Assembly (NCBI GenBank): GCA_030141605.1 | Contig: JAQGDQ010000309.1 | Location: 124,001-188,000, forward strand | Source: Tubiluchus corallicola | Taxonomy: Eukaryota > Animalia > Priapulida | Direction of reading: 5' to 3' | Length of the DNA: 64,000 nt | Shown here: positions 12,751 to 26,529 of the stretch, one piece after another | Position numbering within the stretch: position 1 is the stretch's first letter | Layout: each line of letters starts with the position of its first letter | The notes under the pieces: generated by a model | Seen by the model: the letters and a program-made list of their open reading frames with translations, nothing else | Database searches by the model: none | What the model was told of the DNA's origin: nothing | Program-made: the position numbers and the translations under genes

Positions 12751-15324
12751 CTGTAAGAAGTATACTCGCATAATTTCTTATATTTGTAATAATAATGAAC
12801 ACAATGAAGCACATATCGTGTCAAATACATGATAGGCCTAATAACTGATAATTTAATTGCGTTGTATAATAACTTGTAGATCATTAGAATTAGAAACACA
12901 TCAAGACATTACTAGAATAAGCATTTTTTTAACACTGAACGCCTCAAATCTAGCACCCTTCAAAATTTGGCACCTTATCCTAGCCTAGTTATCCTATTGG
13001 TAGATATGCCCCTGATTGGAAGTGCCATTATCAATATTAAAGCCCATGGTAGCATTAAGAATAATTATATAAAATTATTTAAGAAAAATCTCTAGTTGAA
13101 ATGGAAAACTGCTAATGAGAAATTTTCTTCTTAGAATACTTCTCTTAAAAATTCTAATATCACTCTCATTGTGCCTATGATACACCGAACCGTCTGGCGA
13201 CTGGTGACCAGCGGCCATAGCTTTCAGCGATTCCAGTGACCAGGTGACCAGCGGCTATAGCTTTCAGCGATTCCAGTGACCAGTGTTCGGGTAAAACACG
13301 AAAGTAATTACTGACTCGTGTTTGCGTGCAAGCACATATTTATGAATTATTATGAAGCAACACTGATATAATAAAACAAAAATGAAAGTAATATGACTTT
13401 AGTTACATCTCCAGTGAAAGAGCAGATATATTCATTATTTATTATTATAATATCATCATTTATTTACTATACTCATTTTCTTCTCATAAAGAAAGGGGGC
13501 AGTTTGTCACAAGTTTGCTGGAAGCTAAATGCTTAACTCGCCAGGATGCCTTATTTTATTTTAACAGTTTAAGAAATTTCTAAGAATTTTCGTCCCAGTG
13601 ATTTCGAGACAATACTGCAAGATACCAAATTGAAACCCAGTTGCAAATCATTAACAGAAAACACTAGAACTGCACAGTTTAGCCAAAATAAACTATTGTA
13701 TTGAAAGCAGTAAAGAAGTTTCACAGCAACCGACTCATCAGCTTATTGTGGCAACGTTACAGCTGACTACAACACGGAAGCCCAGGCTGACATTAAAATA
13801 GTAATGCCTACGTCACAAGTGGGATGTAACCAATGTAACAGAGGGGTGTGTTGGCACAATTGAAACCATAGTGCTGTTACACAATGATTAACTTTGTTTC
13901 TTACTGATCTGTTAAGTTGAGGCAATAAAACTGTAAACATGTTAATGGAGATTGTTAACATTACTTTTTATGAATTTTATTTAGATTACAACTATTTTTT
14001 CGCACAGTAGACAATAGTAAGGGAAGCATTTGCCTTTCTCAGGGCGAGAATTTGATTCTAATGCTGCGATATTCCGTGTATGATCTATTTCACGTTTTTG
14101 TTATAAATTTAAAGTATGTATCATACCAATCTTAATAACCGATTTAATACAGCGATTACGTAATTATGCAACCATAGTTTATGGCATTTTATGAATAAAA
14201 GAGACTTTTATCACGTGACCACGGATTGATTTGTCATTGGGTGAATGTCGAAGAGATATGGTGGCATCCGGTCGCTCAAAAAATAGAAACAATTTTATCT
14301 TCGAGCAATTGGCAACTTGGTGAATCATCACACATTGAAAATATGCACGTTCTATTTCTTTCTGCAGTCGCCCCACGCGGTCGCCAGTCGCCTCGGGGTA
14401 TCGTAAAGGCATTAGAGATAATTAACATTTTGTAGATTTCTAGGCAGTGTGCATATGCACCACATTTGAATCTGTTCATGCAACACAAGGACATTAAAGC
14501 TTAATGGCAAATGATTCGAATATAATCATGTTAGACTTTGTACCTGACAGTGGCATTCACAAACTGGGGGTGACAACGGAGGGTTAGGACTCCAAAACCC
14601 CTCCAAACCCTGAAATGCAAGCAATACAAGAAGGCAACAAGTAAACATTCTCTTTCTCTGAAGAGGGAGTCGATGACACGCTGTTAGTTGAGGACGTTTC
14701 ACAGTATCGCTGAAACAACAAGATATCGATGATTACGAATATTTTAAACATTCGGTAGTTTAAAAACCGGTTCTCGACTTAATGGGCTCAAACTAGCCAT
14801 TAAACTCGAGTCATAGCGAACTGTAGACCTGGTGATCTTTGACAAGTTGAACTAGTCCTTACTTTCCTTTATTTTTTGTAAAGATTGGCAAATTATTGAT
14901 TGTAAACTTGCAATTACACTAAAATAAGAAAAAGCTTTTTCTACCCAGAAAATGCTCAACAGTTGCTGAGTTAAAACAATCGCAGAGGTGAATTAATAAA
15001 ATTAAATGTTACCAAATAATGCAGTAAACACTTTTTTACTCAATATCACTTCAGTTTATCTTTGCGTTCACTGTAGCTAAGAAAAAAACGATAATACAAA
15101 GAAACCCAGTCTGCAGTACTGTAGCAACATGCTCCCCATTGGACACCTGAACTTGAATCTTTTATAAAACAAAATGCGCAGTTTCGCCAAAGGAAGCCAG
15201 TTCTAAATAATTATACAAAACTATTTAAATAGTGTCTTGGCGGTTTCAATAATGCTTAACTTAATACTAACACCATGGTGCCAAAGTTTCAGCATTTATT
15301 GCACAGCGCACAGGTATATGCAGT

Positions 15325-15419
15325 CGTTGCTGTTGTTGCTGCTGTTGCCGCTGCTGCTGTTGCTGTTGTTGTTGTTGCTGCTGCTGTTGCTGTTGCCGTT
15401 GCCGTTGCTGTTGCTGCTG
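15325..15419. repeat. (GCT/GTT)n microsatellite
   Basis: Direct observation. Confidence 0.9.
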
Positions 15420-16078
15420 AACAGAATCGACAATAGATGTTATTAGGGTAATGTCGTACCCTGAATAATGCTGGACAATGAGTTTCGGACTTTACTATAA
15501 CTAACAAACCCTTATTTAAACTTGTTTTTTTCCTCGCCTTGATTAATCAAAGAAAGAAAAAACAATGACTAAACTACTTAGTATTTTTAGTAAAGCTTGG
15601 AGCTTATTGTCCAACATTAGCCTATGCTCGATGTAAGCCTATTTACCCTAATTATAATTTTTGTTTTCATATAAATTATAAGGGAAGTAAATACAGTAAA
15701 ACGGTGAAGATGAGAATAAGTATCCAGGAAAATAAAATTCATTTAACTAATTTTATAGTGATAGAGTGCATCTCTTGGCGACTCCTTGAATCAGTAAAGC
15801 TGTAGTTTTCAAGAAATCTATTTCCTCATTTTAGGTTGAAAATTGCACAGGTAAGAGGCCCAAGGAAAAATGGATTTTTCTTTTGCTTTCTCTCCTTTTT
15901 ATGAGGAGCAAATTTTCCCCCATGCCTTTATTATATGGATCTGTTCTTTCAGGCGCCATAAAAGAAGGCATTTTAAATGTGATAGGCTATTTGGGTGATT
16001 TCTTGAACCCCTGTACTGGAACGTTTCCTCTTACTGTTCCTAATACAGTTCCACTAACACTCTAACACTATTGTAAGA

Positions 16079-16249
16079 TATTACGGCCAAATCACGTTGA
16101 AAACACCGGTTCTCGTCTGATCACCGAAGTTAGACCCTGGTTAGGGCTTGGATGGGTGACCGCCTAGGAATACCAATACCAGGTGCTGTAGGCTTGTGGG
16201 ATGCACACACTGTATCTCGACACTAGACGGAATAGCTATACAAGCAACC
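16079..16249 (+). mobile_element. 5S-derived SINE, 3'-truncated copy
   Basis: Damaged 5S head (TACGGCCAAATCACGTTGAAAACACCGGTTCTCGTCTGATCACCGAAG...GGTGCTGTAGGCTT) followed by the SINE body start GGGATGCACACACTGTATCTCGACACTAG. Confidence 0.85.
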
Positions 16250-16589
16250 GTTCTCACGGTTGATAGACAGCTCACAGAATCTGTGACTTTCTAGCCTTGT
16301 TCATCCATAGTCACGTGCACGGCAACAATAATAACTATTGCAAATATACATGTAGATTTTTCCATTTCTGACAGAATTTTATTTCACGTTACGAATTCAT
16401 TAGATTATAGCCTCTGTACGTATGGATTCACGTTTTTGTAGTCAAAGCAAGACATAGTAGTTGTATAAACTCTAAATTACTATTACTGGATAACCTCTTA
16501 CTCGGCGAATCAAGGTAAATTAGTCAGAGAAAAAGGTCACGGAAATAAGACACAAGAAAAAAGAATAACCTTAAAACCTTTTTCAATTT

Positions 16590-16930
16590 TTTTTCAATTC
16601 AATAGATTTATTTCGCAATAAACAGATACTTGTGCATTACAAGCACTTTGATAATCAATTTTTTGTTAATAAACAAAATTAGGATTATAATTAATGAATT
16701 CTGCACTCTAGACCTAAGAAGCTAGCTTATGTTAGGCCACTACAATTAGTAATGAGAAAAAAATTTAACAACAAGTTTCTAATGGTTAGAGTGAGTTACA
16801 GGGGGCGCTAGTAATATTTCATAATTACATAAATTGATGTACGGTGCAGATAAATGATAACTGTTTTAACACATTCGCTAAGCATTTGCGGAGGACGCAA
16901 CATTTGATTTGACTATATGGAGGAGTGCAA

Positions 16931-17011
<81 letters not shown>

Positions 17012-17390
17012 GTGGGAACTAATAAGTATATTATTATCCTGGAGGGGAAGTTTTTGAAAATGAAAAACAACAACAAGTCATGATTGAGTGATCAGCTATA
17101 TGTTTCAAGTAACTGTAATTTATATACTTTTTTGAATATGGACAGTGACTTGGCATGTTTTATAGCTGGAGCAGTTAAATTCCATATATAATGGCCATTG
17201 TGTTTGATAGAAAAATTTTTAACATTTGTGTAGTGATAGTTGAAGTGTCTACCGTGTACTATAATTATGTATTTCAGCATTCAGACAAAAATAATCAATA
17301 AATACGGGTATGAGTGAATTTGTACATGAAAATGGCACTTTGGATCTTGTTAATGTCATAAATATTTTGACAGTTTAGTGTTTGAAACAT
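16590..17390 (-). mobile_element. CR1/L2-group LINE 3' fragment, interrupted by (TA)n at 16935-17009
   Basis: Translates to ORF2 C-terminal-like FQTLNCQNIYDINKIQSAIFMYKF...FSIKHNGHYIWN...SLSIFKKVYKLQLL, followed by a 3' UTR with AATAAA. Confidence 0.65.
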
Positions 17391-18091
17391 TGGTGGCGTG
17401 TGGTTCTGACAACGGGCAACACTAACCCTGACAATAACTAACCATTGGTGGCGTGTGGTTCTGATAACGGGCAACACTAACCCTGACAATAACTAACCAT
17501 AGATAAAAATTAATTGTGGCTTTTTTTCCTGCTACTTTTTTCCTAGGCAAAATTGTGGCATTTTCCGGGATTTTTTTCCTATGACTTTCTTCTCACCAAT
17601 CCTGTTTCGTTTACTGACTAACTTTGTTTACTTAAACACAACATCGGTCTCAATTCGGCCTACATTGCACAAACTTGCAAAATGCATTCTAGTTCATGTA
17701 AATAAATTTACTCATAAAAACAAAAGGTATTTTCAATGTATACACTTAATCCAATACAGCCAATTCTGTACAGCGCATGCGTACAGAAAACTTTTTGTCG
17801 TACTTTCCTGCTTTGTCTTGGTAAATTGACAAACATGATAAACTATTGCAACAATATCAACAATATAAAGCAATTTGCTGTACTATTTTTTCTTTATTAC
17901 TATAGAATTTAAAACAATCACAATCGCGCAATGCTTTATCTGTTAAAATGTAAACTCCATAAGACGTAAAGTTCACAATTATACCTTATACTTTAAGCCT
18001 TCAAACTCAAATTATTACAGCTGTTGTCATTTGTAAAAGTATAGGCTAAAGTCGTACAATTCCCCACACACAAGAAGCAGGTGGGTGAAGT

Positions 18092-18178
18092 GGATTAGGA
18101 TTACGGTTAGGGTTAGGGTACTGATTAAGATTAGGATTGAGGTTGGGCTAGGGTTAGGGTTACAGTTGGGCTAGGGTT
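18092..18178. repeat. Degenerate (TTAGGG)-like repeat
   Basis: GGATTAGGATTACGGTTAGGGTTAGGG...GCTAGGGTTAGGGTTAC... Confidence 0.7.
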
Positions 18179-19724
18179 TTCGATTACCAGCCATGCCTCT
18201 TGGTTGCCAGTTGATGTGCAGATACGAACTCATCCATCTTCGCTGATACATTAAGAAAAAAGCTCGTATCTCTTCACACAGCCCAGGCAAACATTTTATA
18301 AAAGACTCCATCATAACCTACTGACAAAAATTGAATGTTGTTAAATTAATGTACCCAGGCTGGTGAGTTATATGCTGCAGTTGGGTTATTATTGATCACT
18401 GGCAACGTTGTTTTCTCTGATAACCTTCCTTTCATCTTCCTCGTATGTAGATTGTGTGTGAATGTAGGGAATAGAGTATTTGATCTTACAGCTTGCATGA
18501 ATCATACTCGCTGAAGTACGAGATACTTCTGCTGCTGTTGCTATGAGAGCAAAGATGGCTATTAAGCTGACTTACTGCATCAGAAAAAGTTTTTCACTTT
18601 TGAGTGCGGGCTAGCTCCGGTGCTCAGTTAACATTAAGAAACAGCTAACGTTAAGTAAAAAACTCGGGTTACAGTAACATTATGTATATATTATGTAATT
18701 GTATGGGTACTTAAATCATCGTGTGGGAAGTGCAAACTTTCCAAAGCATAATGCTGCTATAAACGAATTAACAGTTTTAGCAGAAACAGTTTAAATGCTG
18801 ATTACTTATATACTAGACGAAATTCTTTTTCAAGCCATGTTATGCGTGCACACAAGACAATCGCAAGACATGTGAGTAATCGTATAAGGCAAAATTGTGT
18901 GGTTAAAACAAAGTTTAAATATATGTCTAATTTCGAAGTATCGAAAAGCTACTTCCAACATTTGCACAAATATAGCTTTCAAGAGATAGTTCTCCCATAT
19001 CGTAACATGTGGAAATTAACAAACTCACATAACGTATTATTCGATCAGTATTCAATTATTCTTTACTATTCAATGATAATTAATGCCAGTTATACTAAAT
19101 ATATCTACTATATGTCTTGACTAAGCCAATGCAAGAACCAATAACCCACGCATTTAAAAACTGACTAACTTACAATAATTGTGGCATAAAAAATATTGAA
19201 GCAAGCCTCCACCTAAAAAGTACGAGAATAACTAATAATTCGATGAACAGATTACAGGTTTATTGTGCGTCATCGATTCTTCTTTTTTTCTTATTTAGCC
19301 GTCCTCAGCTAGATTGCAACACACTGCAGCGTACGGAGGTCCAAAGCATGTCCCTTGGCGCACCACATTGTGCAAACTTTATTTTTTCTGCAAAGTGCAA
19401 ATCGTGATACACTTATCGTGATTACTTATCGTGATACAGTATATTAAAGAAAAGTAGGATTATTCAATATCCTGCTCTATTTTGAAGTAGGGCAAAAAGC
19501 TTACATTATCAGCAACACTTTGGCACTTCTGTAGATGTAAACTTTCTACCGTGCTTCAACATGGACCAGGATATGATAATTCATCGTGTTTTCCTTTAAC
19601 TGCAGTTGTTCAACTTGAATTGTAACTACTTTTGACTGATCCAAACGTAATATTGCAAAGAGAAAAAAGAATACTACTACTGTTAGTCAACTTTACCTTA
19701 ATTTTTCCCGTAATCCAATAATAT

Positions 19725-20069
19725 TGCTACGGAGTCACCTGTGTACGGTCAGGTGTAGGGCCCTCTACACGCCTTGCTTCCACGTCAGCAGCGATTCACC
19801 CCTTTCTTGTAGGTACAGACGTCTTGTTTGGGCCTACACGTGGTGTGAGAAGCCAGCTGACCTGGAATTCCAGTATAAAAGCGTGTAGAGGTCACTACAG
19901 CCTTGATTTCTGACACAAGTGCTCCTCGGGTGTACTGCTGTTACTGAGTTAGTTATTTTTTGTGCACGTGTATTTTGGTTCCTCTTTTTTATTAGTGCTG
20001 TTAATAAACTCCGTACAGTGTAGTTTTTGTGTATTTTGTTTTATGAGAGTTAGATGACATGCTATAACA
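19725..20069 (+). mobile_element. LTR (Gypsy-like) plus short leader
   Basis: TGCTAC...TATAACA termini, internal TATAAAA and AATAAA; absent from the paralogous segment at 26647-26905. Confidence 0.7.
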
Positions 20070-21239
20070 GGTATAAGGTACTAGACATTGATTTAGTTGA
20101 TTAGCATAACATTTGTAATTAAAATTGACATTTGTAGTTTAAGTAATCAGTTACACAACGATAGTAAAATGGATCTTCATGATGCGCAATATCAAGGCCG
20201 CCATGCAATAATATTAAATAAGATACTGAGTATAGAACTGTAGTTTTGTCCAATTAAAGTTGCACCACAACTTTTACCTTATCCGTCCGTTGTAATCGAT
20301 TATTGTGCACTTTCTAAACTTCCATCCACCACCAGATGGCACGCAGGGGGCGCTTCCGCAAGTTTGTGTCAAAGTTTCGGTTTCTAACATTTGACCGCTT
20401 GTTCATATAAAAAATAAAACAATACAATAAAAACAAAAAACAAAAACGAAAAAAGAAGAAAACAAACAAATAAGTTAAGAGATGGCAAATAAGTTTTGTG
20501 GTTTCAATCATTTAGTATCATTTCAGATTCTTGGATGACACAGTTAGTAAATTAAGAACAAAATAAATTTTAGAAACTTATGTAATTTTCATTCCATTTC
20601 ATAAAAAAAACAAAAGCTGGCAAGTCTATGTCAGTTAACAATAGCAGTTATAATGCAATTGCCAGTGTGCAGTGTTGCAAATGCTATAACACCATCTTTT
20701 GCGAATGTGAGGTCGTTCAAATGGGGTAGAGGTCGCTTTACACACGTGCAAGAAGGCCACTACAATCGTACTTTAAGTGAAACCGTTTTTTGAAACCGTC
20801 AAGGGCGTATCGAGGCTGCTCGACGCCCTAGACTGATAGTTCTGTCCCGTCTATCTCTATATTGTGACTAGCCTTGCCACATGAAACTTTCCCGCAATTC
20901 CTGTGGGCCACAGGCAGTTTGATCAAGGAGCCAAGTACAGAAAGGCCTACTAATGATTTTTTTTCATACGACCAGCGTACATCATTGCTACTGCACTACT
21001 ACACTTAAGAAACTATTTTAGAAGTTATTAAAATTTATATACAAACCACATATTTCTACTTTCAGGACAGATAGTGGTAATTTCATTACAATGCATATTA
21101 GTAATGTGTATCACACAGTCTGTGTAGTACAGTGTTATTAAGCCGCATTTTCATTAGGTTGACAAATCTCTTCGCGGGTCGCACAAACTCTCTCGGCGGG
21201 CCGCAAGTGGCCCGCGGGCCGCAATTTGCACACCCCTGC

Positions 21240-21473
21240 CTTATACTAAAGCAGGTTGTGCAACTGCTTGTTGTGTTACACCTTGCGTTCGTTTTGTGGC
21301 ACTTATATAAAAACTGCACACAGTAACTGTTATAAAATGCGCCCTTTACAAGAATATGAAGGCATACACATTACACATTTTCCGAGGAGAAGTTTTTCTA
21401 AAATTTGACGCCCCTCAAAAACTTTGGCGCCCTAGGCTACAGTCCAGTTAGCCTATTCGTTAATACGCCCCTG
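21240..21473 (-). mobile_element. Partial hAT-type MITE (family of 31987-32400 and 46905-47326)
   Basis: Ends TTAGCCTATTCGTTAATACGCCCCTG, the reverse complement of the family terminus; the internal sequence also matches. Confidence 0.7.
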
Positions 21474-21599
21474 GATACCTTTGCCGTATGAGATGCGCAG
21501 TCTATTTATCACACCATTGCTGTATGAAATATTCAGTCTATTTATCACCATTGCTATAATTAGTCCATAAAATATACAGTAAGCGTTTCAGGAGTAACT

Positions 21600-22640
21600 C
21601 TTAAATAACATGATTTTAACATGTCCGAACACATCGGTGTTAAAAATTAAAGAGCAAATCGGTATATAAAAAGACAAGCCTGGTTTTTAATGTCACAGTT
21701 GTCGCTTAGATAACGTACATATTGTATGACCACGATATTTCTCTTGAATATTCTCAGGCAATGCAGCATTGCCAAAAATATCACGTATAAAACGTTTGTA
21801 CCTATAAAAAGTAATGGCAAAAAGTTTAGACATTTGCTTTTAGTCAAATTAAAATTAGTTTTATGAAGATAGCAAAACTTACTGCAAGTATTCAGAAGGG
21901 GTTGCAAGTAAAACAATATCATCAACATAAATCATTTGATATTGTCATCAGCATTATGATGATATTCCCTGCAATATGACATCCCTTCATACCATTTAGT
22001 TTCACAGACGGCTCATGAATGTAAACATTGAACAATAAAGGCGCGAGGACCCCACCTTGTCGGACACCATTTGTAGTATGAAAACCATCCGAGCAGGCAT
22101 TGCTCAATTGCACATGTAGGCGCTGTTTGTCATAAGATGCTAAGAAGTTTATTATGCTGTTAGGAAGTTAGGAAAACCTATTTCCTGCAAATTTTTAAAC
22201 AGCAAGTGATAATCAGCTTTATCAAAAACCTTGCTGCCATCTAAAAGACATGCATACACAGGCGTGTGGCTATCCATGTAAGTGTTCACAATTTCTTTAA
22301 AGGTGATTACTGCCAGATCCGTGAGATTTTTTGAAACCAAATTGGGCATCGGCTGTGTAAAAGAGCAACTATTATTTTTTCTAATATTTTGCTAACGATA
22401 CTAGCAGCAGCTATTGGACGATGATTATTAATGGATGTTATATCCTTTTGCGTAGACTTAAGCATAGAATTTGACACAATTACTGGCAAATATTGGTGGC
22501 TTTTCATGAAATTAAGCAGCAAGGTCAAATGTACAGAGACGAGATTTACTGCGTATACGAAATGCTCTGCATTAAGCCCGTCAAAGCCTACGGATTTACC
22601 ACTTTCTCAGCTTACGTATACTAGACATTGTGTCTTCAAC
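21600..22640 (-). mobile_element. Degenerate LINE reverse-transcriptase fragment
   Basis: RT motifs in shifting frames: RPIAAASIVSKILEKI, LLDGSKVFDK, NGVRQGGVLAPLLFNVYI. Confidence 0.85.
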
Positions 22641-23085
22641 AGCAATGTAGAAATCAAGTGATATATTACCAATTTCGGATAAAAACTTACAATTTAAAGT
22701 TTTATGATCATTTTAATAGCTGCTCATGAACACCTTCCACAGTTTGCAAATGTTTTGTTTACCTCTTACCTTTCCAATTCTGTTTGACAGATGCACTTCT
22801 AAATTGTTCATTCTCTTAATTCTTTTCCAAAACTTTTAATTGTCAGGTGAAGTCATAGTTAGAGCTAATTTGTCACCTCTGATCTTATTTTCTACAGTCG
22901 AAAATTGTCACCTGACGCGGATAATTTAACTTTCTCCAATAGCTAAATATGAGTAAATTTTCATTACAATCATTTAAATTTGTTTAGCTGATGAAGAACG
23001 TGAGGCTGAAGTTTCTTACTATAGAGAAATTTTATGGAGTTTATGAAGTGGCGAACCTCGAGATAAAGTAACTTTAAAACTTTAC

Positions 23086-23820
23086 TTACTCCGAGCTTAA
23101 ACACAAGGATCCTGAAGGTTGGCACGTTCGCGTACACGATTGAGAACCCTTGGTAGTCCCACATGGCTTGCAAACTCCATATCTACATTCACCCCATTGC
23201 CCCTGTGCTTCTGTTGACATCGCTTCGCTGGTTGTACCCGTCTCCTCTGTGATCACATCAGTGGATTGGGTAGCGTCTGTTGCGCTGGTTGTATCCGTCT
23301 CATTTGCTGTTGAGTCGGTGACATTTTGTCCAACAGCCATGTCGACATTAACAGCTGAAAACAGAGAAAAACTCGCAATATGTAAATCCAAGAATAAACA
23401 AAATCCAGTTTTGGGACCATTAAGCCCTTCCTAATTGCTTTAACTATCAGCAGTCTTGATAACAGTTACCACATTTTATATCTCTGAAAACAAGTCAAAA
23501 CGAGATTCAGCAATTGCGGGTTTTTATCAAAACATTTTTCGTTGCTGCTAAGGAATTGATGGCGATTAGTATTAAAGTACTAACAAACACTATATGGCAT
23601 TCAATGTTAAAACGAAAACAAGCATATTATTACAAGTACCAAAAACTGACAAAGCTGCTTATGTCGGTTGAGTGTCTCATGTTAGAGAATTAGAGGGCTA
23701 AGGCAGGTTCCACTCCTGTCTCATCAGCCTACGTGTAGAAAGAAAAATTCGTAATCTCTACTTACCCATAATTACGAGTGAGGCGGCAAAACCGGCCCAA
23801 AACGGAAGTAGTACCTTCAT
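23086..23820 (-). CDS. Secreted Thr/Ser-rich protein with TSP1-like Cys module (exons 23820-23766, 23354-23090/23086)
   Basis: ATG exon MKVLLPFWAGFAASLVIM-G|gtaag joins cag|CT to give signal peptide ...IMAVNVDMAVG, then a T/S/D/E-rich linker with NVT/NET sequons, then GQWGECRYGVCKPCGTTKGSQSCTRTCQPSGSLC. Ends at TAA 23086 or at donor GA|gtaagt 23090. Confidence 0.7.
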
Positions 23821-23929
23821 TTTGCCGTCTGTTTGCCAGCAAGAACCAGTAAACTTTAAACAGAAAATATCAAATTTATAGAACTTTATAATTTTGAAAT
23901 CAATTCGAGTTATGAAACAAACGTGTAAT

Positions 23930-24053
23930 TGATTTGACTTGGTTTGATTTGATTTGATTTGATTTGATTTGATTTGATTTGATTTGATTTGATTTGGTTT
24001 GATTTGATTTGACTTGACTTGACTTGACTTGACTTGACTTGACTTGACTTGAT
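23930..24053. repeat. (GATTT)n/(GACTT)n pentanucleotide repeat
   Basis: Direct observation. Confidence 0.95.
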
Positions 24054-26400
24054 TAAATTTAATTTAATTCAATTCAGTCAAATCCATTAAAGTCTACAAT
24101 TTCAGAACAATGGTTTTATGTGATCCACAAGCAAAAAAGTGCATTCATTAGATTTTATAATCTGGACAAGCCAATGAACAATTTTTTTGCTTATGAGACC
24201 ACATAAAGCCCTTAGTTCTACGGCTGTAAGCTTTAAAAGATTTGACATTCATAAATGTACATAGAATTAAAACAAACATATCAGAACGAACAAACGGATA
24301 TTTCAAGCATTTTTATTAAACAGTTTATGAAAAACTATCTTATAAAAAGGAACTACGAGGTATCCATTTGTTCTTGTTTTAATTTCTTTGAACAAAAACA
24401 CGAAAAATCAACATTTGCAAAAATTACAACTGATATGAAGAAATAAAAAGTTGAAGTCAAAAACAAGCCATGCATTGAAAAAGTCTCAGTTACCTTTACA
24501 AAAATTCGGATCGTAAGCATTATTCAAATTTAAACATACATGTAAATACAGTGTAAGATCCCAGAATAAGACATGAAAAAACGTGTATAACTGCTTTAAT
24601 GACAGTAAAACTATATATATATATATCATTAAAAAGAACAAAACTATCTCAGCTTATAACTAATATAGTTTACTACTGCATACTTACAGGTGAGGAAACA
24701 GCGCGCAAAGTGAGTGTGCGCGTATGGGTTTTTTTTAAGATTATATACAAAATCTTCTTCAAATAAAACTCGACTGTGAGACGGAACCAAAGCTGTCAAA
24801 ACTTTCACTCTTTAAATTTACTCTTTTTAAAAATGTTTACGGAATTATTGTAAATAAACCATAAACATTTTTCCCTCCCAGGAGTGCAATCACTCAATCT
24901 TTTCAAGTGTGGATGTCTTGCTGTGTATTTAAGTATTCTGCATTTTTCAATGTGACAGAATTTGCCAATTCTCAATTTATTTGCTTCACAGCATAAGCAG
25001 ACAAACCAAGCTGAATGTTTCTATGTACTTAAAACATAACTCACGCCTATTCGTTGCTCTTAAAATTTGTAAATAAAACTTTGGTCAAATAGTTTAAAAG
25101 TAAGAAAACACTTAAGAGTGGCCTTGTGGACGAACCTTTGTACATCGATTAAATTACTGAGTTTTCAGATCTTGAATTTCAAAGATTTGGCTTAAGCACC
25201 GTTTGTGAAAGGTTTCATTACGTCAAACAAAAATGTTCAACACTTTACATATTGTGTTTCTTTGTGATATCAAATAATAATTATATAAATAGGCTCCTCA
25301 CTTTTCGATAACTCTTCTTTTTATTTATTTTATTTTGTTATCTTCAGAGTACAATACATGAGTGACAAGATAGTTGATAAGTGAAATAAAATAATAAAGC
25401 ACTATTACAAAAACAGTGCAAATTAAAACAAAGTGATGATAATATTATAAGTATAATATTATGGTAAAAAACACAAAGAATTAAACTAACTGCTTACAAG
25501 TGTCTGTTAAAAAGTCAAAATTTGCAAAAATCAACATGGCATAGCCGTTTTTTAAATAATTTTCTGCTGCCAGCATTTACAATTGGTGCATCATTCACAT
25601 ATGGTGGTTGTTTATTCTATATCTGTGATATGAAACTCTGTGATATTTTAATAATAATATCTTTTAAAAGAAATTTTAATTGAACAGTTACAAATCTGTA
25701 GTATATCCTCATTTGCTGCGGCAGCAACTCAAAATTTTAACATTTTATAGTACTTTTGTATATTTCTTTATGTCTTGGATAGCAGTAACGTTTTAAAAAA
25801 TGTCATAAAATTCTGTATGTTTTCATATTACGTTGCAATAATGTCTAAAAAATTTATATTTGATTGTTATGTAATCTTACATGGACCATGTCCCTAAAGA
25901 ACCTAAAGAAGAAACTGTATCTATATAAATAAACTACGTACCTTTCAATTTTCCTTCTTGCGAAATTATTTCTCACTTTGATCATTTTCTTCATTTATAT
26001 ATAGGCCTACACATAATAGACCTACTTCCAATTTAGGCTGTTTATTCTTGCTAGTTCAAGGTCCTGTTCCTTTTACAGTTTATTGTCGTTTTGATTTTAA
26101 TCTAAGGTCTGTAATGTAATTAATAAAACTGAACTATTTCACAAGCAAATAAATATAACAATCGTAAAAAAGAATAGTGTTACAATAGGGAGTTTAAGAG
26201 ATCATTAACAAATTTAACATTGGCATGCTTACGTCTAAATTTCCAATAATTTTAGCTGCTAATTATACGTTTATATGTTTATAGCGTGTAATGTAATAAA
26301 GAAAACAAAAGAAAGAAATCCCTTAAAAGGAAAGAAAACGGGATTTTAAAATAATATGTACACATTTTTAAATAATTTCAAAATGTATTTAACCTATATA

Positions 26401-26529
26401 TGTGTGTGTGTGTGTGTGCGTGCGCGTGCGCGTGCGCGTGTGCGTGTGTGTGTGTGCGTGTTTGTGTGTGTGTGTTTGTGTGTGTACGTGCGTGCGTGCG
26501 TGTGCGTGCGTGCGTGCGTGCGTGTGTGT
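26401..26529. repeat. (TG)n/(TGCG)n microsatellite
   Basis: Direct observation. Confidence 0.95.

Noticed and set aside
13710-13750. Minus-strand CTGATGA...GAAAC
   Set aside because: The intervening 12 nt cannot form stem II (no G-C closing pair); likely chance.
18092-18178. Interstitial telomere or fusion site
   Set aside because: Short, highly degenerate and single orientation; such tracts are common inside small transposons.
23695-23735. Minus-strand CTGATGA-GACAGGAGTG-GAAC
   Set aside because: Core and stem II are both mismatched; insufficient support.
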